NCBI GenBank assembly: GCA_951406725.2
Contig: OX597832.1
Location: forward strand, 4,340,001 to 4,404,000
DNA from: Octopus vulgaris
Taxonomy: Eukaryota
Reading direction: 5' to 3'
Length of the DNA: 64,000 nucleotides
Part shown: positions 13,325-25,233 of the stretch, in pieces
Layout of the letters: each line of letters starts with the position of its first letter
Numbering within the stretch: position 1 is the stretch's first letter
Notes under the pieces: model-generated
The model's input: the letters and a program-made list of their open reading frames with translations, nothing else
Told to the model about the DNA's origin: nothing
Database searches by the model: none
Program-made: the position numbers and the translations under genes

Positions 13325-16300
13325 AAAGACACTTTAGGATCAGGACTAAGAGGGCGACTAGAAGACGACCAACATGGAGAAGAAGGGTCTGGAAGCTTAA
13401 AGCCCCTGCGAATGGACAGAGATTTAGAGATATGTTACTTGAAGCCTTCGACGAAGTGGAAGGGGGTATAGCTACACATGGGGTAGAAGACAACTGGACG
13501 TTTCTGAGGGACAACCTGCTGAAAGCCGCTGACCAGATCTGTGGCTGGTGCAAAGTCCCCTTAAGACCCAAAATAACGTGGTGGTGGAACAATATTGTTG
13601 ACAGGGCTATTAGACAAAAGAAACAGGCTTGGAAGGCCTGGAAGAACGGTGGTAGCAGGGAAGGGTATCAGACTGCCAGAAGGGAAGCTAGGAGACAGGT
13701 CTATCTAGCCAGAGGGGAAGCAGATAAGAGAAAATTTGCCAATGTCCTGCGCCGTGAGGATGAAAGACTTGAGGTATTTCGTGTTGCAAGACAGTGTGTG
13801 AGAGAGAATCGTGATGTGGTAGGAGAGAAATGTGTTCGCATGGAGGATGGTTCACTTGCGCTAAATGAGGATGCAAAGAGAGAAGCTTGGAGACGCCACT
13901 ATGAAAGGTTACTGAATGAGGAAAATGAATGGGATAAAGAGAGTCTGCCGAATGTTGACCCTACAGAGGGACCAGCTATCCGAGTTGATAGTTCCGTGGT
14001 AGCTAAGGCAATTAGAAGCATGAAGACAGGGAAAGCCCCAGGCCCATCAGGAATTACTGCAGAGATGCTCAAAATATCTGGCAGTGTCGGCTATAACCTA
14101 GTCACCCGTATAGTCAACCAGGTGATACACGAAGGAGTCATACCCAATGACTGGTGCAGCAGCATACTAGTCAACTGCTACAAAGGTAAAGGTGATGCCC
14201 TAGATACAAATAATTACAGAGGTATCAAGCTGTTGGATCAAGTAATGAAGGTTACGGAGAGGGTCATAGCCCAACTAATTAGAGAGAGAGTTAGTTTAGA
14301 TGAGATGCAGTTTGGGTTCGTGCCAGGGAAAAGTACCACTGATGCTATATTCCTGGTAAGGCAGCTGCAGGAGAAATACCTAGCCAAAGATAAGCCCCTG
14401 TACCTGGCTTTCGTTGACATGGAGAAAGCTTTTGATAGGGTCCCCCGATCCCTTATCTGGTGGTCAATGAGGAAACTAGGGATAGATGAATGGCTGGTGA
14501 GGACTGTGCAAGCCATGTACAGAGATGCCGTAAGTAAGGTTAGGGTTGGCAACATGTACACAGAAGAATTCAAAGTAGAGGTTGGGGTCCACCAGGGTTC
14601 AGTACTCAGCCCCCTCCTATTTATCATAGTACTCCAGGCAATTACGGAGGAATTCAAGACAGGCTGTCCCTGGGAGCTCCTCTACGCTGACGACCTTGCT
14701 CTTATTGCTGAGTCACTATCAGAACTGGAGGAGAAGTTCCAGGTGTGGAAGGAGGGTTTAGAATCAAGGGGCCTTTAGAGTCAACCTAGCTAAAACCAAA
14801 GTACTAATAAGTAGAAAGGTAGACAATCCACAAATATCTTCAGGAAGATGGCCCTGCTCGATCTGTAGAAAAGGTGTAGGTAGAAACTCTATAAGATGTA
14901 CCCAGTGTAAGCTATGGACACATAAGAGGTGCAGCAATGTCAAAGGTAGGCTAACTGGGAAGATAGTTTTTGTATGTGGCAGATGCTCGGGAGCATTAAC
15001 CTCCGAAAATCTGCAGAAAACAACTTCCGTCACTTTCCAGGGGGAAAAACTAGAAGTAGTTGATAGCTTCCGTTATCTAGGTGACCAAGTCAGTAGTGGG
15101 GGTGGGTGCGCTGAAAGTGTAACTGCTAGAATAAGAATAGCCTGGGCAAAGTTTAGGGAGCTCTTACCTCTGCTGGTGACTAAAGGCCTCTCGCTCAGAG
15201 TAAAAGGCAGACTGTATGATGCGTGTGTACGAACAGCCATGCTACATGGCAGCGAAACATGGGCCGTGACTGCTGAGGACATGCGTAAGCTCGTGAGGAA
15301 TGAAGCCAGTATGCTCCGATGGATGTGTAATGTCAGTGTACATACTCGACAGAGCGTTAGCACCTTGAGAGAAATGTTGTACCTAAGAAGCATCAGTTGT
15401 GGTGTGCAAGAGAGACGATTGCGCTGGTATGGTCATGTGGCGAGAATGGATGAAGATAGGTGTGTGAGAAAGTGCCAATCCCTAGCAGTTGAGGGAACCC
15501 GTGGAAGAGGTAGACCCAGGAAAACCTGGGACGAGGTGGTGAAGCACGACCTTCGAACTTTAGGCCTCACTGAGGAAATGACCAGAGACCGAGACCTTTG
15601 GAAATATTCTGTACGTGAGAAGACCAGGCAGGACAAGTGAGCCCAGCCCACTTATGAATGCCTTTCCTCCCTTGGACACAAAGACCGGTTGAGGCAAGCG
15701 AAGTCGATATAGAACCTCATCCGACGACAGACACCCATGCCAACCCCCCATGCTTGCGAAGACATGTTGGGGCAAGCGAAATCGAAATCGAAACCGAATT
15801 GAACCAGCCAGGATCCCTGGCCTGGTGGTACGTAAAAAGCACTATCCGACTCGTGGCCGTGGCACGTAAAATACTCCAATGCGACCGTACGACAGGCACC
15901 CATGCCAACCCCCTTTGCTTGTGAAGACATGTTGGGGCAAGCGAAATCGAAATCGAATTGAACCAGCCAGGATCCCTGGTCTGATGGTACGTAAAAAGCA
16001 CTATCCGACTCGTGGCCGTGGCACGTAAAATACTCCAATGCGACCGTACGACAGGCACCCTTGCCAACCCCCTTTGCTTGTGAAGACATGTTGGGGCAAG
16101 CGAAATCGAAATCGAATTGAACCAGCCAGGATCCCTGGTCTGGTGGTACGTAAAAAGCACTATCCGACTCCTGGCCGATGCCAGCACCGCCTCGACTGGC
16201 TTCCGTGCCGGTGGCACATAAAATACACCAATCTGACCGTGGCCGTTGCCAGCCCCGCCTGGCACCTGTGCAGGTGGCACGTAAAAAGCACCCACTACAC

Positions 16301-16465
16301 TCACGGAGTGGTTGGCGTTAGGAAGGGCATCCAGCTGTAGAAACATTGCCAAATTTAGACTGGAGCCTGGTGCAGCCTTCTGGCTTCCCAGAACCCCGGT
16401 CGAACCGTCCAACCCATGCTAGCATGGAGAACGGACGTTAAACGACGATGATGACGACGACGATG
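13325..16465 (+). mobile_element. RTE-clade LINE, 5'-truncated and young; RT ORF split by a single +1 frameshift at ~14775; 3' UTR with tandem repeats and a (GAT/GAC)n tail
   Basis: ORF 13432-14778 has KAPGPSG, NYRGIKLL, QFGF, FVDMEKAFD, GVHQGSVLSPLLF and LLYADD. Frame 14777-15640 continues open (RVNLAKTK...FRYLG...GSETW...RRLRWYGHV...GRPRKTW). The tail gacgatgatgacgacgacgatg is at 16444-16465. Confidence 0.95.
15724..16178 (+). repeat. ~160-bp tandem repeat (about 2.8 copies) in the RTE 3' UTR
   Basis: acgacag(a/g)caccc recurs at ~15724, ~15889 and ~16048 with near-identical units. Confidence 0.9.
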
Positions 16466-18964
16466 TTCCTTATCTATAAGCCACTTTAGGGTTTTGTGCT
16501 TGAATGTGGGAAGTAAGTAGCCATGTCAAGAAGGATGTCAGTCATTGCTTATTGCCTCTAATAGGTCCAAGGTGAAATGTATTTGTGTCAGAATTATCAG
16601 TTTAGAACTGGTAGGGTTTCAGCAAGTGTACTGACTTAGCATGTTATCTCAGGTGGTGACAGAATGATCCGCTGGGTACAGAGATGGTGATGGTTGGATA
16701 AAGGTTGAGTTTAGAGGTGAGGAACAGATCAAGCATATTTCGTGTGTTAATGTTTGCCAGGGATAGGGGGCAGAAGTTGTTATTTCCCCATCCCAGGAAG
16801 ATTAACACCCTCCTTACATCCCCATCAGTGAGACAGAATTGAAGAGTCTCCACCAGTTCAGTTATTTGGGATGTTGATATTTTGTCTATTTTGAAGATCA
16901 ATAAAGGAGTAGACAACATATTAACAAAAGCAAAGATCACAGTCAGTAGACTGTATATGTCTGTTTGCATCCATGTCCATGTGTATATACATGCATGCTG
17001 ATATATGGGTGTCTCTATTGGTATATCTTTTTTGTATGCATACATATATTTTTCTGATATATTTAGTTACTGTTTCCCAACATCTGACTATACCTATCCT
17101 TATATGTACTTTAACATTAATCTTATTCTAATTATGGGAGGAGCTTCCAAATTTCATTACCTACATACATGTTTTCTCATTGGCAATGCTTTCTTGTATA
17201 TATGCATAAATATACACTCATACCTCAGTACTACGAACCTCACTTCAATGACTTTTGGAAGCAGCAGACAAAAATCAAAGCATATCAACAACACCTCTTC
17301 ACTATTCATGGTAAGTTTGATTTTAATTAAAAATGTTGAATTATAGTATATATTTACAGCATACAGGTACTTTACACTGTAAAATTGGATAGTGTGATTG
17401 ATTAAAAGTACAGTACTGTATTTATTCTTCTGTCTTTTGTAATGTAAGTGTTGATATTAGCCACACCTAATGTAACCTAACCTTAGCGTTGGTACCTATG
17501 GACAATCAGCTTCATTGGACCAATGTTCCCATTTTTAATCCATAGTACCAAGTATGAGTGTAATTGTTTTTCTCAAATAAATAACACTTCATATTTGAAG
17601 CTCTGATGAAGCTATAAGGTGCTACTCAGGAACTCAACTATGACTCACAATATCTTATAGCAGAAACAACTGTAAGAAGTTCACAAGATACTTGTTTATC
17701 TGTTTCTCCTCTCATTTTCTTAAATATATATATATAGGAATAATATAACATGAGGATGGAAAATACCAGGTTCTAATAGCAAATCACATTTGTTTCCACA
17801 CCAGACACCAGCTGTAAGTTACATTTATATATCATATATCATTATATAAGATTATTTTTTAAAATAACTATATAATTAAATATTTTTCAGCAACAGCTGT
17901 ATGTGGTTGCTTCCTCATGTGGAATTTGATTGAATACTATCGGATTTTTATGCATTTTCTCAGGTAAAGCATGTCTGTTAATCCCCACTAATCAGTTTAT
18001 TAGCTCTGGGTGACACATTGTTGTGGTGATACAAAAGCAAAAATGAAAGCAACATTGCAATACTAGTACCAACAACAATGACAATAACTGAATAAAGGTG
18101 ACCTTAATTGTACTTATGTGATAATAATAATAATCCTTTCTACTAAAGGCATAATAATAACAAAACCAAATGTATTTAAAGTGATAGTGAAAATAAAATA
18201 AAATGCTACTAAGTGGTGAAGTGTGTCAATGGGTTAAATAAAATAAATAAATCTACCTGGGGTTGTTTTAATGCTGTGCTATCTTTTTATGATCCTAGCC
18301 ATTTCTTTTGAGTTATTTATTACCTTTATTCTCTCTCCACTGTTTGTCTTCAAGTGACCTCTATAATCTCCACTGGCCTTTCTTTACTAGATTACTGACG
18401 TATTTTCTTTCCCATATTTTATATATATCTATTTACTGCTTTTGCTTTTTAAATACACTTAACTCGCATTTTACCTTTATGTCTTCACAACAACTAAGCA
18501 ATGTCCAGTCTTCCTTTCCTTCAATGTTAGATTCTATATTGTGTGCATTTATTTAATCTACTATAAAAGAATATTCTATCTTATTTTAGCTGCACTTTCT
18601 AGCAAAAACCTAAATTTTTCTCTGGATTATTGTTGTCACATGATTCTATCTTGCATTTTCCTATTTTTGTGATCATTTCATTTCACATTCAAATGATAAA
18701 TTTGATCTGCTATCAAGATATATCAGGTTTAACTTACATTACATATTTATATTATAAGATATTGACTCATCTGTGTCCTTATGTGTGCTATATGATTTTT
18801 CTGCATTCTAGATTTATACTTTCCATAACTATACTTTATATTTGATAATATATGACTATCCCTGATTAATATACCACTTTGACGCTCTAGTTACTGTTAT
18901 ATCGTTTTAATCAATGTCATCTGGAATTCCTTATATTATTTTTTTCAAAGAACTTTTAATAAGT

Positions 18965-19340
18965 ATAACTTCAGAATGTTTATTAATTAATTTGTCCTTA
19001 CATAAAATTCTTTACAGAGTTTCCTCCAGGCATAAGTTGCACACTCTTGACTGTACATAATATGGTTTTGCGTTTCATAATACCAAATATGCTGTTGTGT
19101 AACCTATCCCTTTCCTTTTAAGTTTCCACACAAGGTCTGTGAGTGAGGTGAAATGACTCTTGAACCTATAAGAAAATGATGCAATGTGGTTTCTAAAGCA
19201 GCTTGTGAAGGTGTTGCTCATTGCACCTACATATGCATATGTATGCACACTTATTTCCACTTTACATTTATGTACAATATTCTTTCTTAAATAGTAATTC
19301 TCCAGAAGACATGCATTTTTGTCTCTGAAGATGCATTTTC
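18965..19340 (-). mobile_element. Penelope-like element relic (GIY-YIG endonuclease region)
   Basis: The minus strand reads KNIVHKCKVEISVHTYAYVGAMSNTFTSCFRNHIASF...TSLTDLVWKLK, then KPYYVQSRVCNLCLEE and LINKHSE in other frames. This matches the PLE GIY-YIG pattern YxG...F..R...H...W.LK...CxLCLxE...LNKRSE. Confidence 0.7.
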
Positions 19341-19522
19341 TAGTTTCATTTTTCGTAACCTGGTTACCTCTATTTTCATTCTTATAATAGATAATTCAAA
19401 AGGATTGTAAACAGATAGCATAGCAGTTAAAACAATTCCTTGTAAATTTATTTATTTATTATATTTTAACCCATTGACATACTTCATCTACTACTTGATA
19501 AAAGCCATCTTCAGGTTTATTT

Positions 19523-20403
19523 TATTACCTCCACTAAAGAAAGAGGTTATGTTTTCATCAGCATTGGTTTGTTTGTCTGTCCATCTGTGTGCAAAATAAC
19601 TCAAAAAGTTGTGAATGGTATTTGATGAAACTTGCAGGAAATGTTAGTAATGACACAAGGAACAGATGATGGAATTTTGGTAGTGATCTGGGAATTTTTA
19701 TCGATTCTTGGAGGATTTTTCCTTTGTTATATTTACTTTACATGAAGTATTACAATGTTACGTTCTTTGATTATCTCCCTTGAAAACACGTTCAAACACG
19801 TTGAAAACACGTGGTGTTGCTGTTTCCAAAGTTTTATTTTTGTTTCTCTATTAGTAATTTTACTCGCGTATCTATGGACTCTTGAGAGATGATTGATACT
19901 ATACTGACCAAAGAGGGATGTAAAGTAGGTAGGTAGGTTTAGTTTCGTAAGTAGACAGCTACCTCTTTTATCTTTACCAAGGAATCATCTGACCATCGTC
20001 CTTGGTGATTTCAACGTGGATCTCATTGATTCCCTTAGCCATGAGATCTTGACAAGTATGAACCAGTTTGGGTTCAACCAACTAGTCCAAAACCCACAAG
20101 TCACCATAACCGATGTTGAGTGTGTATCGCTTAAGTTTTAGGTAATTGTTGTTTCTTTTTATTTGTATGGTGAAACTAGCTTGCTGTTGTCATTGATGTA
20201 TTATAATTGCTTCAGATGATTCCTGTTTTTAAAGGGTTTTTAAAAAAAATCATATGGCTGTGTTATTTTTTTTTTAAACCCTGCCAAGGAGGTTATGTTT
20301 TTGCTGGCATTGGTTTGGGAAATTGGGCGATTTTCATCATGCATGTATATGGGGGAAAATGAGCTGCTTGGCAGAGGTCTGCACTCTCTGAGTGCTTTTC
20401 TAG
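19523..20403 (+). mobile_element. Non-autonomous Helentron (HINE/DINE-1-like) with an endonuclease remnant
   Basis: 5' TATTACCTCC...GAGGTTATGTTTTC followed by gtttgtctgt repeats. The 3' end has subterminal IR GGCAGAGGT, hairpin GCACTC-TCT-GAGTGC (20381-20395) and TTTTCTAG before a T-run. Internal frame TIVLGDFNVDL...FGFNQLVQNP starts at 19992. Confidence 0.7.
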
Positions 20404-20754
20404 TTTTTTTTATCTTTATTTCTATTCCATTATCACTATTACTTAAATACATTTAGTTTTGTTATTATCATAATCATTGCAAGTGCAATTTAGGCTACCT
20501 TTATTCTGATATTGTTATTGTTGTTGGTATTATTGTTTTAATATTACATTTGTAATTATTTTTGTTGTATCACCATAACAATATGTGTAGTTGGAATCTA
20601 ATAAACTGATTGGTGGAGAATGATGGATGTGGTATTTCTGAGGAAATGCAAAAAAAATCTGACTGTGCTTGATTGGATTCCACCTGAGGAAACACCCATA
20701 CACAGCTTGCTGAAAAATATTTAATTATATAGTAATTCTAAAGAATAATCACAG

Positions 20755-20876
20755 AGATATCACTCGGCACACTATCTCATGAAAGTCACTGCTAGCTCTC
20801 ACTGTGCACACAACTGTGTACTGCCATCTGTGGGTGCACTACAGAACTAGTCTGGGAATTTTTGATACCACCTCAT

Positions 20877-20907
<31 letters not shown>

Positions 20908-21945
20908 GGTAAAAACTTCATAATGTGCATTTAAGAGCTCTTATGTTGTTATTTGGCTACTACATGTTATGTTACAGTGGGGTATATTCCAGGGATGGAT
21001 ACATATGTAGAACTCCTCTTTGCATAAGATAATACTAGAATAATATAACACGAGGATGGAGGATATCTGGCTTTCATAGTAGATCACATTTGTTTCAACA
21101 CTGAACACCAGCTTTGAGTCACTGAGTTTACATTTATATATCATTATATAAATGATATATAAATGTTATATAAATGCTGCAGTCTGTGATTTTTTGTCAT
21201 GGTCAGCAAGTTGGAAACAAAGAGCCAATGTGAAATTTTGCATTAAACTTGGGAAGTTTGTACTGAGCATGCTTCGTCAAGCTTACAGTGATTATGTAAT
21301 GGATCATACGCACTGTTTCGAGTGGTACGGGCACTTCAAAAGTGGAAGAATGTCCCTGGAAGACAATGAGCGATCTGGAAGACAATGAGCTATCTGGAAG
21401 ACAATGAGCGATCTGGAAGACAATGAGCGATCTGGAAGACCTGCCATGAGTGTCACTCCTGGAAACGTGGAGAAAATTTGTTAGCTTGTGCATGAAGATT
21501 TTTGGAGGACAATCAATGATGTTTTGAAGGGTTTGAGGGAGGACATTCACAGAAAGCAACTGAATCAGTGGAGTGCAGACTGAATTTTTCATGATGACAA
21601 TCCACCCTGTCACTGAGCTCTTCTTTTTCTTACAAAAACAACACCGTATCACTTCTGCATCCACTTTATTCACCAGAATTAGCACCTGCAGACTTCCATC
21701 TCTTCCCCAAGATGAAAATGCAGCTCAAAGGTCACCGTTTTAATACCATTGTCAAGATAAAGAGCAAATTGCAGAAGGTCCTCAACTTGCTTATGGGAAA
21801 CAAACTCTAGGCCGGATTCCAAAAGAGACAGGAACACTGTATTGCTGCGCAAGGTGGCTATTTCAAAGGTGATGATGTTAAAACTTAGCTAAATAACTTA
21901 TTTTTTATTAAGCATAATTAGTCTAGGAACCTTGACACCACCTCA
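20755..21945 (+). mobile_element. Rearranged mariner copy (5' end inverted at 20755-20875; body 21170-21945), same family as 3894-4802
   Basis: The body encodes KQRANVKFCIKLGK...MLRQAY...FEWYGHFKSGRMSLEDNERSGR and ends ttgacaccacctca-TA. It contains a 19-bp tandem repeat (ctggaagacaatgagcgat x4, 21356-21440). Confidence 0.8.
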
Positions 21946-22017
21946 TATATATATATATATACACACATATATGTGTGTGTGTGTGTGTATGTGTGTGTAT
22001 ACATATATATATGTAAA

Positions 22018-22190
22018 AATGTAACCACATGTGAATCATTGGTGATTTTTTTTCCTCTGTCTTTCTTTTCTTTTGGACTTTCCTCTCTTCTGAAGACACC
22101 TTTTCTTTCCTTCCCTGAGCATCTGCTAATACTTTACATGTACTACGTCCTCACGTTGTTGTTTTTTGTATTTGTTCTTCGTTTTTTTGG
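22018..22190 (+). mobile_element. Penelope-type terminal repeat relic, homologous to 60700-60890 (-) but with the hammerhead core deleted
   Basis: Shares gagcatct..taatact.ta..tgt.c.acgtcctc.c.ttgttg with the reverse complement of 60710-60765. Confidence 0.55.
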
Positions 22191-22233
22191 GGGGATTTAC
22201 TCCCTCTATCTCTCTCTATATATATATACACAA

Positions 22234-22267
<34 letters not shown>

Positions 22268-22294
22268 ACAAATATATACATATATATATATATA

Positions 22295-22607
22295 CTAGTT
22301 TAAGGTGACCCACTCAATGTGCAGGTAAGAGTGTGGTTGTTACTTTCTGCTGCTTCCTTTCTGCTTTTTATCACCACATTCTCCCTCTTTGTTTCTCTCT
22401 CCTTTCTCTCACACTTTCCCACTCTCTTACTTTTCCTTTCTCTCGGACTCTCCCTCGCTTTCTCTTACTCTCCATCTTTCTCTATCTATCTCTCTCCCAT
22501 TTATAAACAGCAAAAGATCTTGAGTAAGTTGAGAAAGAAAATAGTTTGAAAGATCAATCATAAATATCAGGCAGTGACAACGGAAAGGCAGACAGCAAAA
22601 CACTAAC
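22295..22607 (-). mobile_element. Helitron 3'-end fragment (second terminus)
   Basis: The minus strand ends ...acctgcacattgagtgggtcaccttaaaCTAG|T; about 95% similar by eye to 24208-24532 and 36650-36975. Confidence 0.75.
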
Positions 22608-24207
22608 TGCCACTGTGACAACTGTCTTAAAAGCCAGTGCCAATCAAAAGTGGATAACTTGTCTACCATCAGCAGACTGACAATAATTGAGAGCACAGAT
22701 ATAGCTGTGTGGTTATGTTTGCTACATGACCATGTGGTCTCAAACTGAATCCTATTATGTGTAATCATGTGGGGGAACTGTCTTGTACCATTCCTTACAG
22801 TTGATGAATGGTAAATTAAATTTGGTAGATGGGGAATTATTTATAGAATATGTGATTATATGTACATGGCTAACACTTAGTGGCAAAAAAAAAATTGTGC
22901 TAAATGAGAATGATGATGAGTATGCATATTTCAATGGCTAAGGGTCAGGTACTTCAACCACCACCACTCCTTGCCACACATTGCAGTCATGTGTTTCACC
23001 TGTACACTTCACTAGGGTCCTCCCAGTCATCTTGATATAATTGTTTCATTTACGTCTTTGTTACTCATAAGCCTGTTTTTCATCCATTCAGCCCCTGAGA
23101 ATATGTGCCCAGAGGTTCTGAGCCTTGATAATGAGGTCAAATATAGCAATTTTTACTGTCTGACTGTTGCTACAAGTTTTTTCTTCTCATCCCATTTCTT
23201 CTAGGATCCGGCCATCCATTCAACTAATCTGCAGCACTCCCTTGTAGCATATCATCTCAAACACTAAGTCACTTAGTGTCTGCTGGCTTTAGAGCCTATC
23301 CTTCATCCATACAATGCTACAAGATAAATCAAAACTTCTAGAAGTTTCAGCTTGAAAATTCTGTCTCAGTTGCTTTCTCTTTAACTCAATTGACTTTGTC
23401 TTTTGTACTCTTCTAAGGTTGATAAAATGAGTACCAGGTGAAGCAGACTAAAACCCTTGAAAGTGGTGCTCCTGCATAATCAAAGTACATAGGTGAAAAC
23501 CAGTAAAAACAATAAAAGGGACTGATGATATGATTCAATAGTGCATTGTTCATCAGAAGTAGGAATTTGATTTGCATGTCTTCTCTATAATTATAGTGAC
23601 TAAGATTCATTCAACAACTCCAACACAATAACATTATACTCCAATTCAAGGTGTTTTCAAGATCCCAGTTCAGAGAAATTGTATATAGTTAGGTTCCATT
23701 TGGACGACAACACATGAATGAGGAACTTTAAGGAGTTTATACCTGCACAGAGGTATAGAGTTAACAACGGGGACAAAAACTGTACAAGCTGTGTTGTGTG
23801 ATGTAACCCTAGACAAGACTGAAACATTATATATCACAAAGACATAAATATTCTATTTCTTTATATATTGCAATTTGTAAACAATTGTCTTGGTTAGAGG
23901 ATTCCAATAAATCAATGACTCAATACTTTTCTAATGGTGACAGTGACAAAGGAAGTTTGTAACTTAATGCAGAACAAATATCTTAAAGGACATTATTTAC
24001 AAAGCATCATTTTCTTCTTCATTGATAGACAGAAAAGATAATACACCTACATTGTAATATCCAGTTTTTCCTACTTGCATGGGTTGGAGGGAGTTTACTG
24101 AGGGCAGATTATCTACAATCAGATGCCCTTGCTGTCACTAACACTCACCTGCTTCCCAGCAAGGAAATATTTCCTCATGGCCAGACAATTTTCCAGAATA
24201 TTGGAAA
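22605..24207 (-). repeat. Inverted duplicate of tetraspanin intron-1 segment 36976-38585
   Basis: Continuous reverse-complement match, e.g. aactgccactgtgacaactgtcttaaaagccagtg (22605) versus cactggcttttaagacagttgtcacagtggcagtt (ending 38585). Roughly 98% identity in the part compared by eye. Confidence 0.92.
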
Positions 24208-25196
24208 CTAGCTTAAGGTGACCCACTCTACGTGCAGGTAAGAGTGTGGTTATTACTTTCTGCTGCTTCCTTTCTGCTTTTTATCACTACATTCTCCCTC
24301 TTTGTTTCTCTCTCCTTTCTCTCCCACTTTCCCACTCTCTTACTCTTCCTTTCTCTCGGACTCTTCCTCGCTTTCTCTTACTCTCTATCTTTCTCTATCT
24401 ATCTCTCTCCCATTTATAAACAACAAAAGATCTTGAGTAAGTTGAGAAATAAAATATTTAGAAAGATCAATCATAAATATCAGGCAGTGACAACAGAAAG
24501 GTCTGCTTCAAGGCAGACAGCAAAACACTAACATTTAAAAGGGACAGACAAACTTGCAAGCTGAATAAAAATAAAATAATATTGGAAACCAAAGTTTGAA
24601 GGGATAGAATCTTAGGATAGTAGAGTCACCATGGCTGGCATTTCTTAACGACGGACAGCAATGTATCGACAGTTTAACGGCTGGCGTAAAATTTTGAACT
24701 TGATGTAAAAGAAAATTCCTAAACACCAAGTTTTGAAGTGATTCTTTCTCACGACAGTAGACTCACCATGGCAAGCATTCAAAACTTCTTCATCATGGAC
24801 GGCAACACATTGACGATTAAAAGGCTGGCGCAAATTTTTTAGCTTCATGTAACAGAGAATTCCTAAACACCCACTCCTGTAAATTTTAATCTCCTTTCAG
24901 CCCCATTTAGGCCCCTTTTCACATTTTGGTTAATATAACCCGATTTCATTTGGGTCTACTCGGGCCACGTTTTATAAGATGAGGAATTTTGTCCTAGAGG
25001 TCATGCCTTTCATTTGAGGGAAAAAATTGTTGCCATGCAAACTCGCCAGCACTTTTGACATAGGTGTACATATTTTCAGCTCAACCAACCACATAATGCA
25101 CACATTATATATATATGAGTGTGTGTGTGTATGTATTATATATACAAATGTATACAAATTATATATATATATATATATACATACATACATACATAC

Positions 25197-25233
<37 letters not shown>

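Noticed and set aside
14238-15651. Antisense ORFs over the RTE (and over the CR1 at 26333-27634)
   Set aside because: Shadow frames opposite genuine RT coding sequence.
15652-16412. Repetitive ORFs and a CRISPR-like periodic appearance
   Set aside because: Near-identical tandem units with no unique spacers and no cas genes, in eukaryotic DNA. This is the RTE 3' UTR.
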